A stretch of DNA of 64,000 bases from Intoshia linei (taxonomy: Eukaryota; Animalia; Orthonectida). The number at the start of each line of letters is the position of its first letter. Positions within the stretch are counted from its first letter, which is position 1. The stretch lies in contig LWCA01000028.1 in the NCBI GenBank assembly GCA_001642005.1, forward strand, positions 1 through 64,000, written 5' to 3'. The position numbers and the translations under genes were made by a program. Shown one piece after another: positions 25,925-40,700 of this stretch. The notes below the pieces were generated by a model. The model saw only the letters and a program-made list of their open reading frames with translations, had not been told where the DNA came from and did not search any database.

Positions 25925-28900
25925 TTACAATTTATCGTTTCGATCACATTTTTTGGAATAGTTCATACCAAACAAATAATTTAAATCTGAAGGCAAATAC
26001 ATACTTGTAGGAATAGATGGTTTGGATTTGTTGATATTGACTAATACATTCTGAGGGTTAACTGTATGGGATAAATTAAGAATCTGAGATGAAGTCGATA
26101 TGGGATCATAATTAACAGAATACCCACAACTTGATACTGGACCTTTAAAAGGAGTATATGGCATAGACCCATTTAAAGAATTTCTAGATACACTGTATAG
26201 AGATGGCATAAGTGTATTAAATTGAGCGTTGGTAATATTTGAAAACGTTGATGTGTACTGGTAAGGTAAAGGAACATTTGAAGGACACGTAATATTTACC
26301 ACATCAACAAAATTATGTGAATTATCTTTTGGTACAGTAGTTGACTTTTTGATATTTTCATTGACATTCCGAACATGCTTATCTGTAAAAAACTGATATT
26401 TCTTTTTATGTAAGCTAGACCTAGGATTATTCAAAACTGTTTCTGATTTTGAAAATTTTTGTTCCTCGTTTAAAACTGATATAATGCTGTGATTGGCCAA
26501 ATTTTCATTTTTTGAGTGCGTTTTTAAAATTGGAGAAACACTATAATTTTCAGGTGAATTATCGGCATTTCCATTATAAATCATTTCATCAAGTTTAGAG
26601 TCTATTCGATTTTTGCAGGTACCGCTGTTGGAAAGATTGAGGATTTGGTCAGTCTAAAAAATAATTTAAATCGAAATTTACAATAAATGCGACTTTTCTT
26701 ATACAAATAAAAGCCAAAAATGTATAAATCATAAACACAAAAAAATAAATATTTTCAGTTATATAAAACAAGTTGCTTTACTTTTTTTAAATGTACAGTT
26801 TTTTGTCTACTGCAAAGTTCTTTAGTAAAATTTTTCACATAAACTGCATCTTTCGAATTTTTTCCACCCTAATTCAAAATAAATTTCAAAATAACAAATA
26901 AAACCAAAAGCAGCGTAGAATCCTTGAAAATTTTGTCAATTTTTTCATTTATTGAAATGACCATATTTTGAATTTTTTGGTTGTATTTATGCACAGATTC
27001 AATTTTATTTTCTTTGATACTCTATGCAAATTAAAAATTATATATACCAAAAATTACATTTAAATTGTTCTTTAATGTATTTAAATCAAACATGGCATCT
27101 TCATGTTCAAAATTTTTAAAAAACTTTAAACTTTCGTTACAAGTTTTTTGAATAGATTCCTGAAAGGCTCGAAAAACATTGCTAGATATTTGGTTATTTT
27201 GATACTTGTGACAAATAATGCACAAGTCTTTCTCTTCAGTTTTATTTACTGGCTCGGTTAGATTTGATTTAGGTGATTCATCCTGTTTTACTTTTATTTT
27301 ACGAACTTTTTTCGTAACTTTGGGTTTAATTTTCAGGTAATTTCTTTTAGGATCAAAACTATCATCGCTCGATGATTGACATTTGGTAGATTCTTTTATA
27401 ATGGGAGATTTTGAATCGTCATTGTACATTTGGGTTAGTTTCCATCTATGGCGAGTAATTCTTCCACACACATCATTAGAATCCCAATTTTCACTAGTAT
27501 TCTTATATTTTTTAACAAACTCCTCGTCATTTTCATGTATATATACAGAATCTTTTTTTACATGTTTACGTTTAGGCTTATCGTCATTTTCAACGGATTT
27601 TGTTTCAATTGACTCTTCAGGTTTAAGTAAAACAACATCAACTTTATCAACTACTTTGGGAATAGTTAAATTCAGTAAATTAAGCTTATCCTTCTTTTTT
27701 CTTTTCTTCTCCACCTTAAACATATTTTTTAATTTATGTCTTATGTCGTTTTCATGTTTCACTTTAGGTTTATGTTTGTTGTTTTGTTTTACACTTGGTT
27801 TGTTCTCATTGTTGTTAAAATGAACTAAACATAGGTAAGATGTATAAATCACCAACATACCGGAATTACGAGAATGAATATTATTTTTAACAATCATTTT
27901 GATACGATCCATGTTTAACTAAACCAATAATCAAATTAAATTAATTTAAATAAAACTGTTTCATTTAATTTTTCTATTTTGACTGGTTTCGGGCTCTCCA
28001 ACTTGCCATGGTGCTCTCGTTTCTTTTTAGTATTTTTTTCATCAGATGTTACAAGTTTAACAGAATTTATACTATTGAAATATTTTTCAACCTAAAAATC
28101 CATATTAGAGTAAACATTACACGCATTACATTTTGGCTATCAATAACGTGCAAATAAAAGGACACTTGCTTATCCGTCCATGAAACGTTAGATTTTTTGG
28201 ACGGACACAAATCCAATTCTTTAACTCGCATGATACATCCAATGTCAGATAAACTACGATCCGAAACACGCATCTTCATTTGACAAAAAGCCCTAGACGA
28301 AATAATTTGTGTTTTTTCTCTACAATTCTGAAAGCATTGCTTTAAAGTGTGATCGATTTTAGGACCAAACATGTAGTTATTCACGAAAATTAATCTAAAA
28401 ATATATAAAATTTAAAACCTAATATTTAACTCGCTATCATATATTAAATGCTTGTTTTTTTTTTCCAAAAAATTTCCTTTGACCAGCTAAAATAAATAAG
28501 ATAAATCACACACTAAATAACCGCGAAATCCGAGTAGCCTCTACCGAGAAACGACATTAAGTGTTTAAATTCGTATTCAAAAAGAACAGCGAAATAAGCA
28601 GGAATATCAGATTTTTCTATTCCTATACATTTCTTGCAGATTTGCAAAGCAGCAATGTGTACTATCACCTAAAATATTCATTATAGAATATAATATATTT
28701 TTAATAATGCGTTACAAATTCAAAAAATAAAATTACATTTCCTATGCCGCTTCCAAGATCGACAAATTGTTGGTTTGGTTTAATTTTAACAACTTTTGGT
28801 AAATGCTGTATAAAATTAAACGAAGATTCTCCATAAACCTAGAAAAATAATAATTTTTGATCAAAAAATGTAATCCTTAACTTATATAAATTCAGAATAA

Positions 28901-30902
28901 ACAAGATAATGAATGTGTTTAGTGTAGAAAGACCACACTGAAGTCATACAATTTAATAATGTCTATATTAGAATAAAATGTTATAATTATAGAAAATAAC
29001 ATAAAATCTTCATTAAAAAATACAACCACCGACGGTACTCAGTAAATATACTATATAACTGTTAAAATTTATTTATGCATTTAAAACTTGATTTTTTTTA
29101 ATATTTAAAAGGAAAGAATATTTTTATCAGTCCTTAGATAAAAATTTACATATCAATGTAAATGCAGTCATATTTAAACATTGGATAAGTTTAGATAGCA
29201 TAAATTAAAATTGAATTGGCGACGTGTGGGGAAAATCATTAAAATTATTTAGACTGTGAAAGAGTTAAATTCAATTTAATTAAAATATAATTGACACAAA
29301 TATTATTTTGAAATATATTTTTTATGATGTGAACTTAAATTTTTTTCTAAAGGTTTCGATCTTTGTAACTATTACCTCCACTGACCCTTACCATTTACCC
29401 ATGCTGCGTTGGTGGTGTAATTAATTACTAAAACGCATAAAAAGGTACTATGTTTGCAAAAATTTGTTTTATCTAACCCATTTTCTCTCAATGTCACCAA
29501 TGCTCATACAAAAATAAAACATTAAAAGGTGAATCACAAAGTAAATATTAATGCAGAGTTTCCCAAATGTCGGTCCGTGAAATGTTTTTACCGATCCGCA
29601 AAATAATTTTTTTAATGTTGCCTAGTAATTTCGCTTTAATGGTCCGCAATAAATTGTATCATTTATTACCGATTCACTATCAAAAAAGTGTGGGAACCCC
29701 TGGATTAATGTATGGCATATTTAGAATCATGTTAGCATTTGCAAATTACAATGTATTATTCACGATAAAAATCTCTAATTTCGTCACTTACCGTTTACAA
29801 ATAAAAAATATCACATTTGTAGGAAATATCTACACTGTACATTGTACAGTACCAAACATACCGTAACCGAGACTCTATTTGATAATCTCGACAAAATTTT
29901 GGTATTATGGAGCGATCATTTTTTCAAATTAAGTATTGAAAAAAAATATAGTGTTGAATATAACTATTTTGTGTATTAAATTGAACCCGTCAAGTCACTT
30001 GAAACATGCACATAAAAAACAAGATTCCACAGTCTGAAATGTACAAACTCTAAATACATTATATATATTTTTGGATACACAAAAAATTGACTAAATTTTC
30101 ACTCTAATCGCGGATAACTTAATATTGTTAAGAATAAATAAATTTACGTTTGGTGAAAAAGCTTCATAATCGTTTAATTTTTCCGGTCTGACAACAGCTC
30201 TTCTATACACTGTAGTCATAATAAACTCTAAAAGTTCCTCCTTAATTTGATCTTTTGAAATGGAAAACTTTTTACCCAAATTATTCTAAAACAAGAACAA
30301 TTAAATTTAAAAAATTTAAAACAATTAAAAAAAATTTACCGGAACATAATTTGAAATAATATTGTTATATCTATTACATAAGGATTTAACATATTCAAAT
30401 CTAAAATGTGGTAAATTAGTAACAGAAAAAAAATTACGTTAAAGTATTATCAAAAGAAAATAACAAGGAATTTAACTCGTCATATTCTGGACAAAATTTG
30501 GCGACTATTCTATAATTGATGTTAAATATTGAAAAAATTAAAAATAAAAAATATTAAAACCTTATATTAGCTATGACTTCATTAATAATATTAGAATTAT
30601 TTTCCTAAAATGAAATGTAAAAATAATTTTGAAAAATGTACAGTATTATTCGAATACCAAACAAACATTTGTTTATATTCATAGCCAATGGGAGACAGTA
30701 ACGTTATCTCGTTATCTTTGGACTTGTAAGAATTAATACGCCATTGCCTGAAATTATTTACAGGATTCCGGTGTTCAAGTATACATTCTTCTTTAACAGA
30801 GGAATATGAAGGATATCCTTTGTAAGTTTTCAAATTGTGGGTATTAGTGGGCGGCGTCTTGAAATTAGATAAGTTACTAAATGTAGACAGATTGAATGAC
30901 AC
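25925..30902 (-). CDS. DOT1L: Histone H3K79 methyltransferase DOT1L (spliced)
   Basis: VYRRAV..PEKLNDYEAFSPN|VYGESS, FVDLGSGIG, CIGIEKSDIPA, KGNFL and IFVNNYMFGP..IISSRAFC, followed by a Lys-rich low-complexity C-terminus. Confidence 0.93.
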
Positions 30903-32643
30903 TTAAAAGTTGAGTAATAATAAAATTTCAATTTTAAAGCTGGACATTGAAAATTCCAATAATGATTCTGAATCAATAAAAGTTTATATGGAAATGTATA
31001 AATTTCTAGATAAACAGAACAGTAAAATATAATTTGCGTCAAGTCAAATTTAAAATTTCATAGTATGTAGTCAAAACAAAAATTTACAAAATGAGATACA
31101 TGACAATTTTACATCTAAAGATTTTATATTTACCTATATTAAATTTTTCAATTTTATCACAGATATTTGGACAGAAATTACTACAATAAGAAAAAATACG
31201 TTTCAAATTAAATGAAACAAATAGATACGATATAAACGTATTTCCAAAACTTACAAGTTGTAACTTGGCAATTACAAGTACATTAAAGTTAAAGTTTATA
31301 CAAAATTAATACAATATTAATTCAATTTCATGTGAATAAAGTTACAAAGCCAAATCGAACTAATTTTTTTACAAAGCATATTGTAAACATTTCCATTCTC
31401 TTGTTATTTTTATAACAGGCAATAACAACTGAAAATACGATACTTGTTTATATTTATATTTATATGCATATCGGACGTTAATCAATCAATTTAGTATGTA
31501 TTACGTAAGTTACATATTTTTAAAAATTAAATAAAGTTTTAAATTTGAAGCTTATTCTGCAAAAAGCCCTTTGTATGTTATCGAATTTAACACGTAAAAT
31601 CAATATATCCATTCAGCTTTATTATGGCACCAATACAAATGTAATACACTCCTAGTCTGAGACTAAAAGTTAGACTACAAGTCCTTTTTAACGATATTCA
31701 TTTTTTGTATATAATTTGTATGAACCTTTTTAATTTTAATTCAAAAATTTTAAAAATATTGGTTTATAATATATTCAGTTATTTTTTATATGAGATGCGT
31801 AGATTTCTGAGGTTAAAATTTTGTATTTATCAACTGTAATAAGCTGTATCAGAATAATATTTTTTTAATTGTAGGACCGTTAATTATTTCAAATTTTTTA
31901 TTTTACAAATAATTAATTGTTAATAAAATAGTTTAGAAATAACAAAATGTATACTAAAGTTTTTTAACTTTTTTCACCGTGAAGGTGACTGTCAGATTGA
32001 AATGTTTTATGTGTTAACTATCGACTGTAATTTTTTTAATAATGATGAGATTTTTAAATTACTGCAATGTTAATGACTTTCAAACGCGTTTCAGAATATA
32101 TTTTATTTTTTTAAATTTTGAGTCTTATTTTAATTGCTATTGCAATCGCCAGTGTGATCGTGATTGCTGCGATACCTATAGTGTCGGTGTTAATTGTACT
32201 CACCACTGGACTAGAAAAAAACTACTTTTTATGAGTTAATTTAAAATGTCTGGAAATATTGTATACCGTGTTACTTGATCATAATTAAGTGCAAAGTTGA
32301 GATATTGTGATAAGGATCGCTAAGGATCAAGGAAGTAAGACTCGCGAAGCATGCCTACTGACAGCACACACATTAAGGTTATATAAATAAAGGATGTAAT
32401 TTTTTTAGGTTTCACAGCGAAAAGTGGTTGAATATGTCTGTACCATATCTAATAAAAGCTAGTAAGCAATAAAACTAAGAAAATGTGGACCGCAGCGGTT
32501 GAAAATGAAAATGAGTGGTTGTTATAAAAGTGTGGGACTTAACTAAAATTGTTGCTACAACATGACAATATTTATATTATATTGTTTATACTTTACAATT
32601 TGTATCTATGTGTCAAATTTAAAAACAAATAAAAACATTTAAA

Positions 32644-35600
32644 ATGTCTTTAAACCTACCAAGTTATAACAAAGTTGAACAGGTAAATATAAATCCATTT
32701 CATCACAAATATAATATTACTATGTTCATAAATTTACATTATTTTAAGCAAATATAATATATAAGAATATACATTAGACTGGTATAAAATGGGACCCAAG
32801 AGTCGCATAAGACCGGTCGATTAATTATCAAAATTATTTAAATTTTTATATTTGTTTCAGTAATTACATCAATTACTCTGTAATAATAAGATTAGTTTTA
32901 AGACCCAAAAATATTTTTTTTGTATGATCCTCAATTTTCATCTATCCGGGACCTGTTGGCTTTCCGCGGGTATAATATCAGTCTTATATACAATAATGTT
33001 TAAACTAAAATATAAACATTTAAAAAAAATTTAGCTGCGCAAAGAGAAATTTCATAAATCTCATCATTTGTATGTAGTTAATGAAACGAACATTGTTTCT
33101 AATTCAAAGTCCGGTATAGGGGGAGAAAAAATTTTAGAAACTGCCCCTGTCAATAATCGAAGTGAATTGGAATCATGTAAGAGAAAATCAGAACCCACAT
33201 GGTTAGCATTTGATAAAATGGTATTTTAACAATACATGATATTAAATATTTAAAGAAAATTTACATTTTAATGACAAACTTTCATATTTTTTAAGTTTTT
33301 GAAAAATTCAGTAACTGTTATTGTAAATCAGTGTTTCCTAAGTTGAAAATCCCAACCTTTTTTATGCTAGATTCCACTTTTACTCTTAAAAAAATCCCAG
33401 GCCCCACTAAAAAAAATTCGTGCGAATTATAATGAAATAATGATAAAGACAATAATAATGTATTTATTTTTTAAAATTAATGAGACGATTGAGCCCGACG
33501 ATTCTGACAGAGTTTATTACTATTAGGTACTAATGTTGTAAGCTTTAATCGTAGATCTCTCCTTTTTAAAATTTGTAGTCTATGTATTATTTTTTTCAGT
33601 AAGTCTAAAACTGCACTAAACCCGCATTCTGCTAAATAAGAGGATGGAAATGGCAACAAAGCAACCCTAGCAAAAGTAGTTATAGTCGGATAATTTTGCA
33701 TATACTCAGTAATTTAGTTAAATTTGAATTTAATACCCCACGATCATTAAAGATATATTTGTTTTTTGTCATTTTAATAATACAATTAATTGGGTTAAGT
33801 ATCACATAATTACTTATAAACCTGAGAATATTGTATAAAATTAACAATAAATTAATCTAAAGTTTTTATATTCCTATAAATTTGTAATATTTCTCAGGTT
33901 CCACCAAATTTCCAATGTCCCACTAAAAATTTTGTCATTCCCCACCAGTGGGGCCTGGCCCCACGGTTGGGAAACACTGTTGCAAATTATTATTACGGTA
34001 CCGAAAAAGTTACAAGAAAAAAAATTTGAAAGTTTAGAAATGCAGTGGTCGCTATAAAAGTGACCAATATTGAAGGTTTTCGATTATTTAGTTTTTTTAA
34101 GTAATTTGTGTGTTTATTGTGAAGATGAAAATTGTTGAGGTTTCAATTTTAACACTGCTGATGATTTAAAAATTTTTTTTTTTCATTTTTTAAAATAAAG
34201 CCAATTTGTGGCTAGGAAGGTGATAATTTTTAAATTTGGAATTTATCTTAGTTTTTGCATCGGAAAAAACTGACTTTTAATTTTTGTTCATGAAATTTTT
34301 GGGACTCACATTTCTCATTAAATGGTTAGAAAGAACAAATAGAAACACATTTTTAGCAACTTTTTTTACTTTACATATGAGTAGTACTTATTTAACATTT
34401 ATTGTATTGATTAATAAATTGTGTATGAATATCAAAATTTGTTGAAAATTTACTATAAAACTGAAATTTAATTATTTATAAGGATTAGAATATTTTGTGT
34501 TTTTTTTATAAAAATTTGCAAAAAAAATTCTGTTTTGTATTTAATTAGGAGACAAGTTTTTAATAATTTTTTAAATTTTATATTTTTATAGGTTTTGTCT
34601 TTTAATGCATTTTTCCAAGAATCTGTTGTAGAATCTCAACATGAAAAATATAGAGTTAGAAATTGCAAAGTATATTTTTACCTTGAAGATGATACTATCC
34701 AAGTCGTCGAAGAAAAATACAAAAATTCTGGAATGACACAGGGTATGTTTTACAAATACATTCCATTGTAATTAAATTTTTGAATTATGTGTTAATTTTT
34801 AGGTACAATTCTAAAAAGGCATAGAATAAAAAAACCAGCTCCATATAGTTATGAATATTATACTGTGGAAGACTTTAATGTTGGCGATGAATTACAATTG
34901 TACTCTACAAAATATAAATTGGTCGACTGTGATAAATTTACACACACTTTTTTGACTCGATTAGGTGTTAGAGTAAATGCAGATGAAGATAGGGATAAAA
35001 CTGTACCAAAAGATCCGTACGTAGAATATCGCAAAAAGGTAAACTGATGTCCATTATCTAGAGCAGGGCTTTTTAACCTATAAATTTAGCACCCCGTTAG
35101 TCAGATCAATGATAATGACAATATTTTTTCACCTAATTTTTAAAGATTTTAAAGATTCAATAAAAATTGGGTCAAAAAAACCTCCTTTAAAAACCCTACC
35201 AAATTTTGGTTTTATAGGTTTACAAAATCTAAATATGCTGTGTGAATATCTTCTTTTTTTTAATGTCGATATTGACACGACATTTATCACGTGTGTATCT
35301 TTTTTGAAAATATAAAATAGGTTGATGATAACATGAAAGCAAAACGACCATATGAATCACATGATACTCTGCGAAAGTTTATACAATTTGACGGAAAAAT
35401 TTTGAGATTTTTATGTTATTGGGATGACACAAATACAATGTTTGGAGATAAACGAAACTTGATACTTAAATATTATTTGAGCAATGATACTATAGAAATT
35501 GTTGAAGTGTATAAGCAAAATTGTGGAAGAGATGCGGTTCCCATATTTTTAAGAAGACAACCTTTACCCAAACACTTGGGTCGACTTCAAGCTCCAGGTT

Positions 35601-37734
35601 AGTATTATTGTATGTTTCAGTACATTTAAAGTTACACCCTGAAAAATCTGGTGAATAATGGATTTATTTGAAACTTACATTTCAACTACATTTGTATTAT
35701 TTTTTAAATAATCAATTTCAACAAATTTTATGGAAAAACCAATTAACCAACACATAATATAATGTTTCATTTTAATTGAATGATAAATAAACCATTTATT
35801 TAATCTAATACTGCGTGGAAAATTAGTTTTTTTGGACTTGGTAATGGTGAACTATTCACAGAAAATTTCGTAAGGTCACTACTATTATTTCCATGTAATT
35901 TTGATAAACAAACTCGATTTTATGGAGGGTTATACCAAATAATAATATATTATATTATAATTTAAAGGAATGATAACTGATAAAACGCTGTTAAATGTGT
36001 TTGGAGTTAGTGGAATGAATAGTCGATATATTCAAGACGCTTGCCGGGTAATTTATACTAATAAAATTTAAAATGTATATTCTCTTTATTTTCAAAACAA
36101 TTGCATTTACTATAAGGCATTGTTTAGTTAAATGACATAAACGTGAGCAATTACACTGATGCTGATTTCAGAATAGGTGCCAGTATTAACATAATGGGAA
36201 GAAATATTATTATACATGATTGCGATTCATTTACTCGTGAATTTTATCGGCTCAAATACAATTTAGGTTTGAAATTTAAATTTTAAATATAATGGTTAAA
36301 TGTGAAAAGTACATTTATACATTAAGGCTAATTTTTATAAAAAATTTAAAGTTGGCCTGAATAAAAAATTACTAAAATCTTACTTAATTGAAAAATGTTA
36401 GACATGGAACCGCTTAAATGTGAAACAAAATGTTACGCTCCAAAATTAGACATGGAGGAAACCATTCCAGCACACGATGGAATAGGATCAGCTGAAGATA
36501 GTTATTCATCTTGTATAAGCTTAATACCGAAACCTCCACAAAAAGATTTTATTAAATTTTTAACTCTTGATAAAAACGGACTAGAAAGTTATACTTTGCG
36601 ATTCAATTGCCTTTTGGATAATGTAGATAACACCGACAACAAAGATCGACGATTTATCATATCGTTTCATTTATCAGATGACACAGTTGAGATTCATCAA
36701 ATGGTTGGCAGTAATTCTGGAATACAAGGCGGTAGATTCTTACAACGCCGTAAAATCAATAGGTTTGAACCAAAAGAAACCAAAACTCTCAAGGATGAAC
36801 GCGATTATCTAATTTCTCAAGATTTTTATGTTGGTGCTCGACTCAAAATCTTTTCTCATTGTTTTTTGATTAACGACGCAGATCAGTATACATATAAATA
36901 CATGGAAGAAAACAAGTCTAAGGTATTTTAATAAAAATTTTATTTATTTATTATTATTTAATGATATATTTAGTATCCAAAAGCCAACTCAAATTTAGTA
37001 TTGGAAAAATTACAAAAAATTGTTAAGCTCAACATTGTAAATGAAAAAATCAGTGAAGCATGTTTATGCTCAAAATTGGTTTATTCGTTATCAGATATAA
37101 ACGACGTAAAAACTGTGGCTATAACCGCCATTGAAGTGAAATCATGGTTGTCCCAAAAAAAATTGGATTTGATTGATACAATTTCGGCCCACGAATTAAT
37201 TACTTTGTTTAGAGAATTTTCAAATAAGGAAAAACAACAAAAGAATGATTATTATAAAGATTTTTGTTTAAAGGACATTCAAATGTACATTAAATCAGAA
37301 TTAAAAAACTTGGACTACACTGAATATGATTTAATTGTTAGATATATACGAAATATTTATGAAAGGTAATTTCATTTATTAAAATAAATTAAAAATTAAA
37401 ATTTAGCTGTATAATTACAAAAGAAGAATTACTCAAAACATTGAAAGCTTGTAGATTACCAATAAACATGGATAAGTTGAACTCGTTGTGTGATAAGTAA
37501 TTATAAATAGAAATTAAATTAAATTACCTTTTTTATGTAATTTTAATTTATTAAAGATATGTAATGGAAATGGGACCAGAGATTGATGTAGAAGAATTCT
37601 TAAAATCAATAAATTGGTGTTTGGACATGTCAAATGAATTTGGAAATGAAAACGATTTTACTCCGAAAATTAACAACAAATCGATAATATTGATAAACGA
37701 AATAATAGAGGCAATATTTATTAAAAAACCTTAA
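32644..37734 (+). CDS. EFHC2: EFHC2/Rib72 axonemal protein with three DM10 domains (spliced)
   Basis: PTWLAFDK, FYLEDDTIQVVE..NSGMTQG, LRFLCYWDD..YYLSNDTIEI..NCGRD and PKPPQKDF..FHLSDDTVEI..NSGIQGGRFL. Confidence 0.9.
33329..33979 (-). mobile_element. Buster-type hAT deletion derivative in an EFHC2 intron
   Basis: TIRs CAGTGTTTCC / GGGAAACACTG. 8-bp TSD TTGTAAAT/TTGCAAAT. Transposase C-terminus LLPFPSSYLAECGFSAV...DLRLKLT...AQSSH at 33477-33701. Confidence 0.88.
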
Positions 37735-37756
37735 TTATGTACATTTTATAAATAAA

Positions 37757-40700
37757 TTAGTTTGATTCACTTTCACTGGTTCCCAGTTGCGTATTTATAT
37801 TACTTTTGGGTTTTGATGTTTCAGCTAGGTTTCTAAAATTAAATAAAATTATGACCAAAGCATTAAGTAAAAGAAATAATTACACATCTTGAGTTTCGTT
37901 AGTTTTTGAAACATCTGAATCAAAAATAAGTAATTTTTCCTCTTTGTCTTCATCCGCGTCACTAGAATCACCGCTAAATGGCCTAAAAATTTAAATTAAC
38001 AAATTAACATGTAAATTAAATAATGCATAAAAACAAATTAAGTCTACATGTTTTTAGATCGTTTCCTTTTTTTCATTGATTTTACTTTTTTCCTTCTTTT
38101 TCCGTCATTTTCATTTTCTGAAGACGAAGCAGAAAATATATCATTAATAATTTTCTTCTAAATTTTAAATTTTAATGCAAAGTTTACGAGCATTCTAAAT
38201 TTTTCTGAAACAATTCAGTCGTATGTTTATGATTAAATTAACTAATGCAATATAATAATACCGATAATAATATTACATACATGTAAAATTTTATATTCTT
38301 ATTTCAATAATATAAACCTTTTTGTTTTCATCTATTTTTTGGAAACTAGCTACTAGTTTAGACCTTTCAATTAAAGCAGCTCTTGTTTCCACATTTTCTT
38401 GCATTTTTTGATCCATTTTTAACTGTTCCTTTTTCTATTTTACAATAATTATTATATTAAAAATTTAAAAATATGGGAAAAAATAACACGATAACAAATG
38501 AACAAAACAGGCTAATTCCTGGTTAACGGAATAATTGGTGCTGAAAAAACCTTATCACGTTAACGAGGAATTTTTTACAAATAATGTATACATTAAAACA
38601 GTGGTTCCAGATTGGGGTCCAAAATTATATACTCGGGTCCGTGAAATTCAAATAAAATATACAAATTTTTGATCAACTTTTGTTTATTTTTATGGGAGAA
38701 TTTTTAATATTTAATACATAGTTTCTAGATGTTGATTATCCCATAGCCTAGACGACCCCTACATAATTGTTTCAAAAATCCCACTTTTATCCAACCATTA
38801 ATAAAATTTAATAAAAAATAGAATTTCAAATCCTAAGAAAGAATAGACTTTTACAGATATTTTTTTATCCCATATCGGTTCATAAGTATTATAAGCTCAC
38901 ATAGAACCCAAGTTAAAAAGGTATACTAATTATTAAAATTATAAGAATATTTCATTTTTTTGAAAAATTCGATTTTAGGGAACCTTATGAAAAAAATCCA
39001 CTTAATCAAATCACAATATTTAAATATTTCACAATAATAAAAAATTTGATTTTACCTACCCTTCAGGGAAAAATACCTTTTTTTAATATTTTTTTGAAAA
39101 ACACGATTTTACCAAATCATATCAGAAAAACCACTTAATCCAACCCCAACGTAAAACTCCAATATTACCAACGCTTAAGAGAAATGTCCTCTTTTTCCAA
39201 TATTATTTTGAAAAATCTGATTATACAAAATCTGATGAGCAACAACTTCCTAATCGAAAACCCAAAATAAAAAATAAAATTTTACCAACCTCAATAAATA
39301 AAATTATATAATGAAAAACTTTTGATTTTCATTCCATTTAACCTATATTTGCAGGTCATTTACTTCGATATAATCAACCATTATTATCATCATTAATCAA
39401 GAAAAAAATAAAAAATTTTTACGTATCTAAAGCTTAAGGCGCCAAAAAAGGTTTAGTATAATTATGATGCTAGTCATTTTAAGTTAAAATTTAACCAAAT
39501 ATTTGTAATTCAGAAAAATTCAATGGTATTTACAGAAAATAACGGTAATACCTCCAATTCAATTCTTTTGTCCAAATTCTCTTGTATAGTCTGTCGACGT
39601 ATTTTCTCTTTTTGTTTACGATCCTGATCTAAAGCTCTAGATCTCTCTAGTTGGTATTTTGTTTGACTCAATAAATCGGAACAATTTCTAATTAATTTAA
39701 AATTAGAATACATTGCAGTTAGGATATTAGGATTATTATTATATTATATTATTATTATATACATTGAAATTAGGATACATTGCATTTAAACGCCTAGTGG
39801 ATACGTTGTACATAATACACCAGTTGGACCACATTGACTGTGTCTGTGAGTCTTATACACACTATCTTAATTATCAACATCAAATTTGAGTATAAGACAA
39901 AAAGACCGGTAACAACTCGTTAAATACGATAATAAATATTAAATATTAAGTACAATTAAAATTACTGATGTTGAATTTTGGCCATGTTGAATTCAAACCT
40001 TTCTTGTACATCATGATTCATTAACAAAGAAAAAATTTTCATGGCCAAATTTAAATTTAAAATGGCTTCTTCTACTTGAATTAATTTGGACCTTTCATCC
40101 TCCATATAATTCCGAGCCATTCTCTGCAAAACTAGTGCTTGATTATAAATAATCATGGTACTAGTAGGCTGAATATGTCGAGCTTTTTTCAACACCGTTA
40201 AACAATCCTTTAATCGATTAAGACGCATATACGAACGCGCCAGGTACATTAAAATTTCAATATTAGGGTACTTGTAAAATTTGGCCAAACAATTTTCATA
40301 CATTTGAATAGCAGCCATATAATGTTGTTGTTCAAAATATACATGCCCAATATTAATCCATACATCGCTAAACTCGTTTGTTGCTTCTCGAACTTGCGAA
40401 AAAACATCTCTCGCTTCATTAAATAGGCGACGTTGAGCTAAAAGACAACCTATACCATGAGCCGCCCAAATATTTTGATCGTCATTTTTCAATACAGTAG
40501 TATATAATTGCATGGCTCGATCGTAGTGTCTTTTATCCTTATCCCTATCTCGATTTCCAGACTGCAAAGACTGAAGCCAAATATTTCCTAAAGCAATCAT
40601 TGAATAAGCGTCGTTTTTGTCCGTTTTCAATAAAATTCTTTCAAATTTCTTTTGAGAAGCGCCCCATTCATTTTTAAAATAATGCAAATTGCCAATTAAA

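Noticed and set aside
27383-27823. Antisense or short ORFs (for example 27383, 20278, 23405, 53410, 53759, 56703, 15687, 46211)
   Set aside because: They are shadows of real CDSs on the opposite strand or chance ORFs in AT-rich or repeat DNA, with no recognisable motifs.
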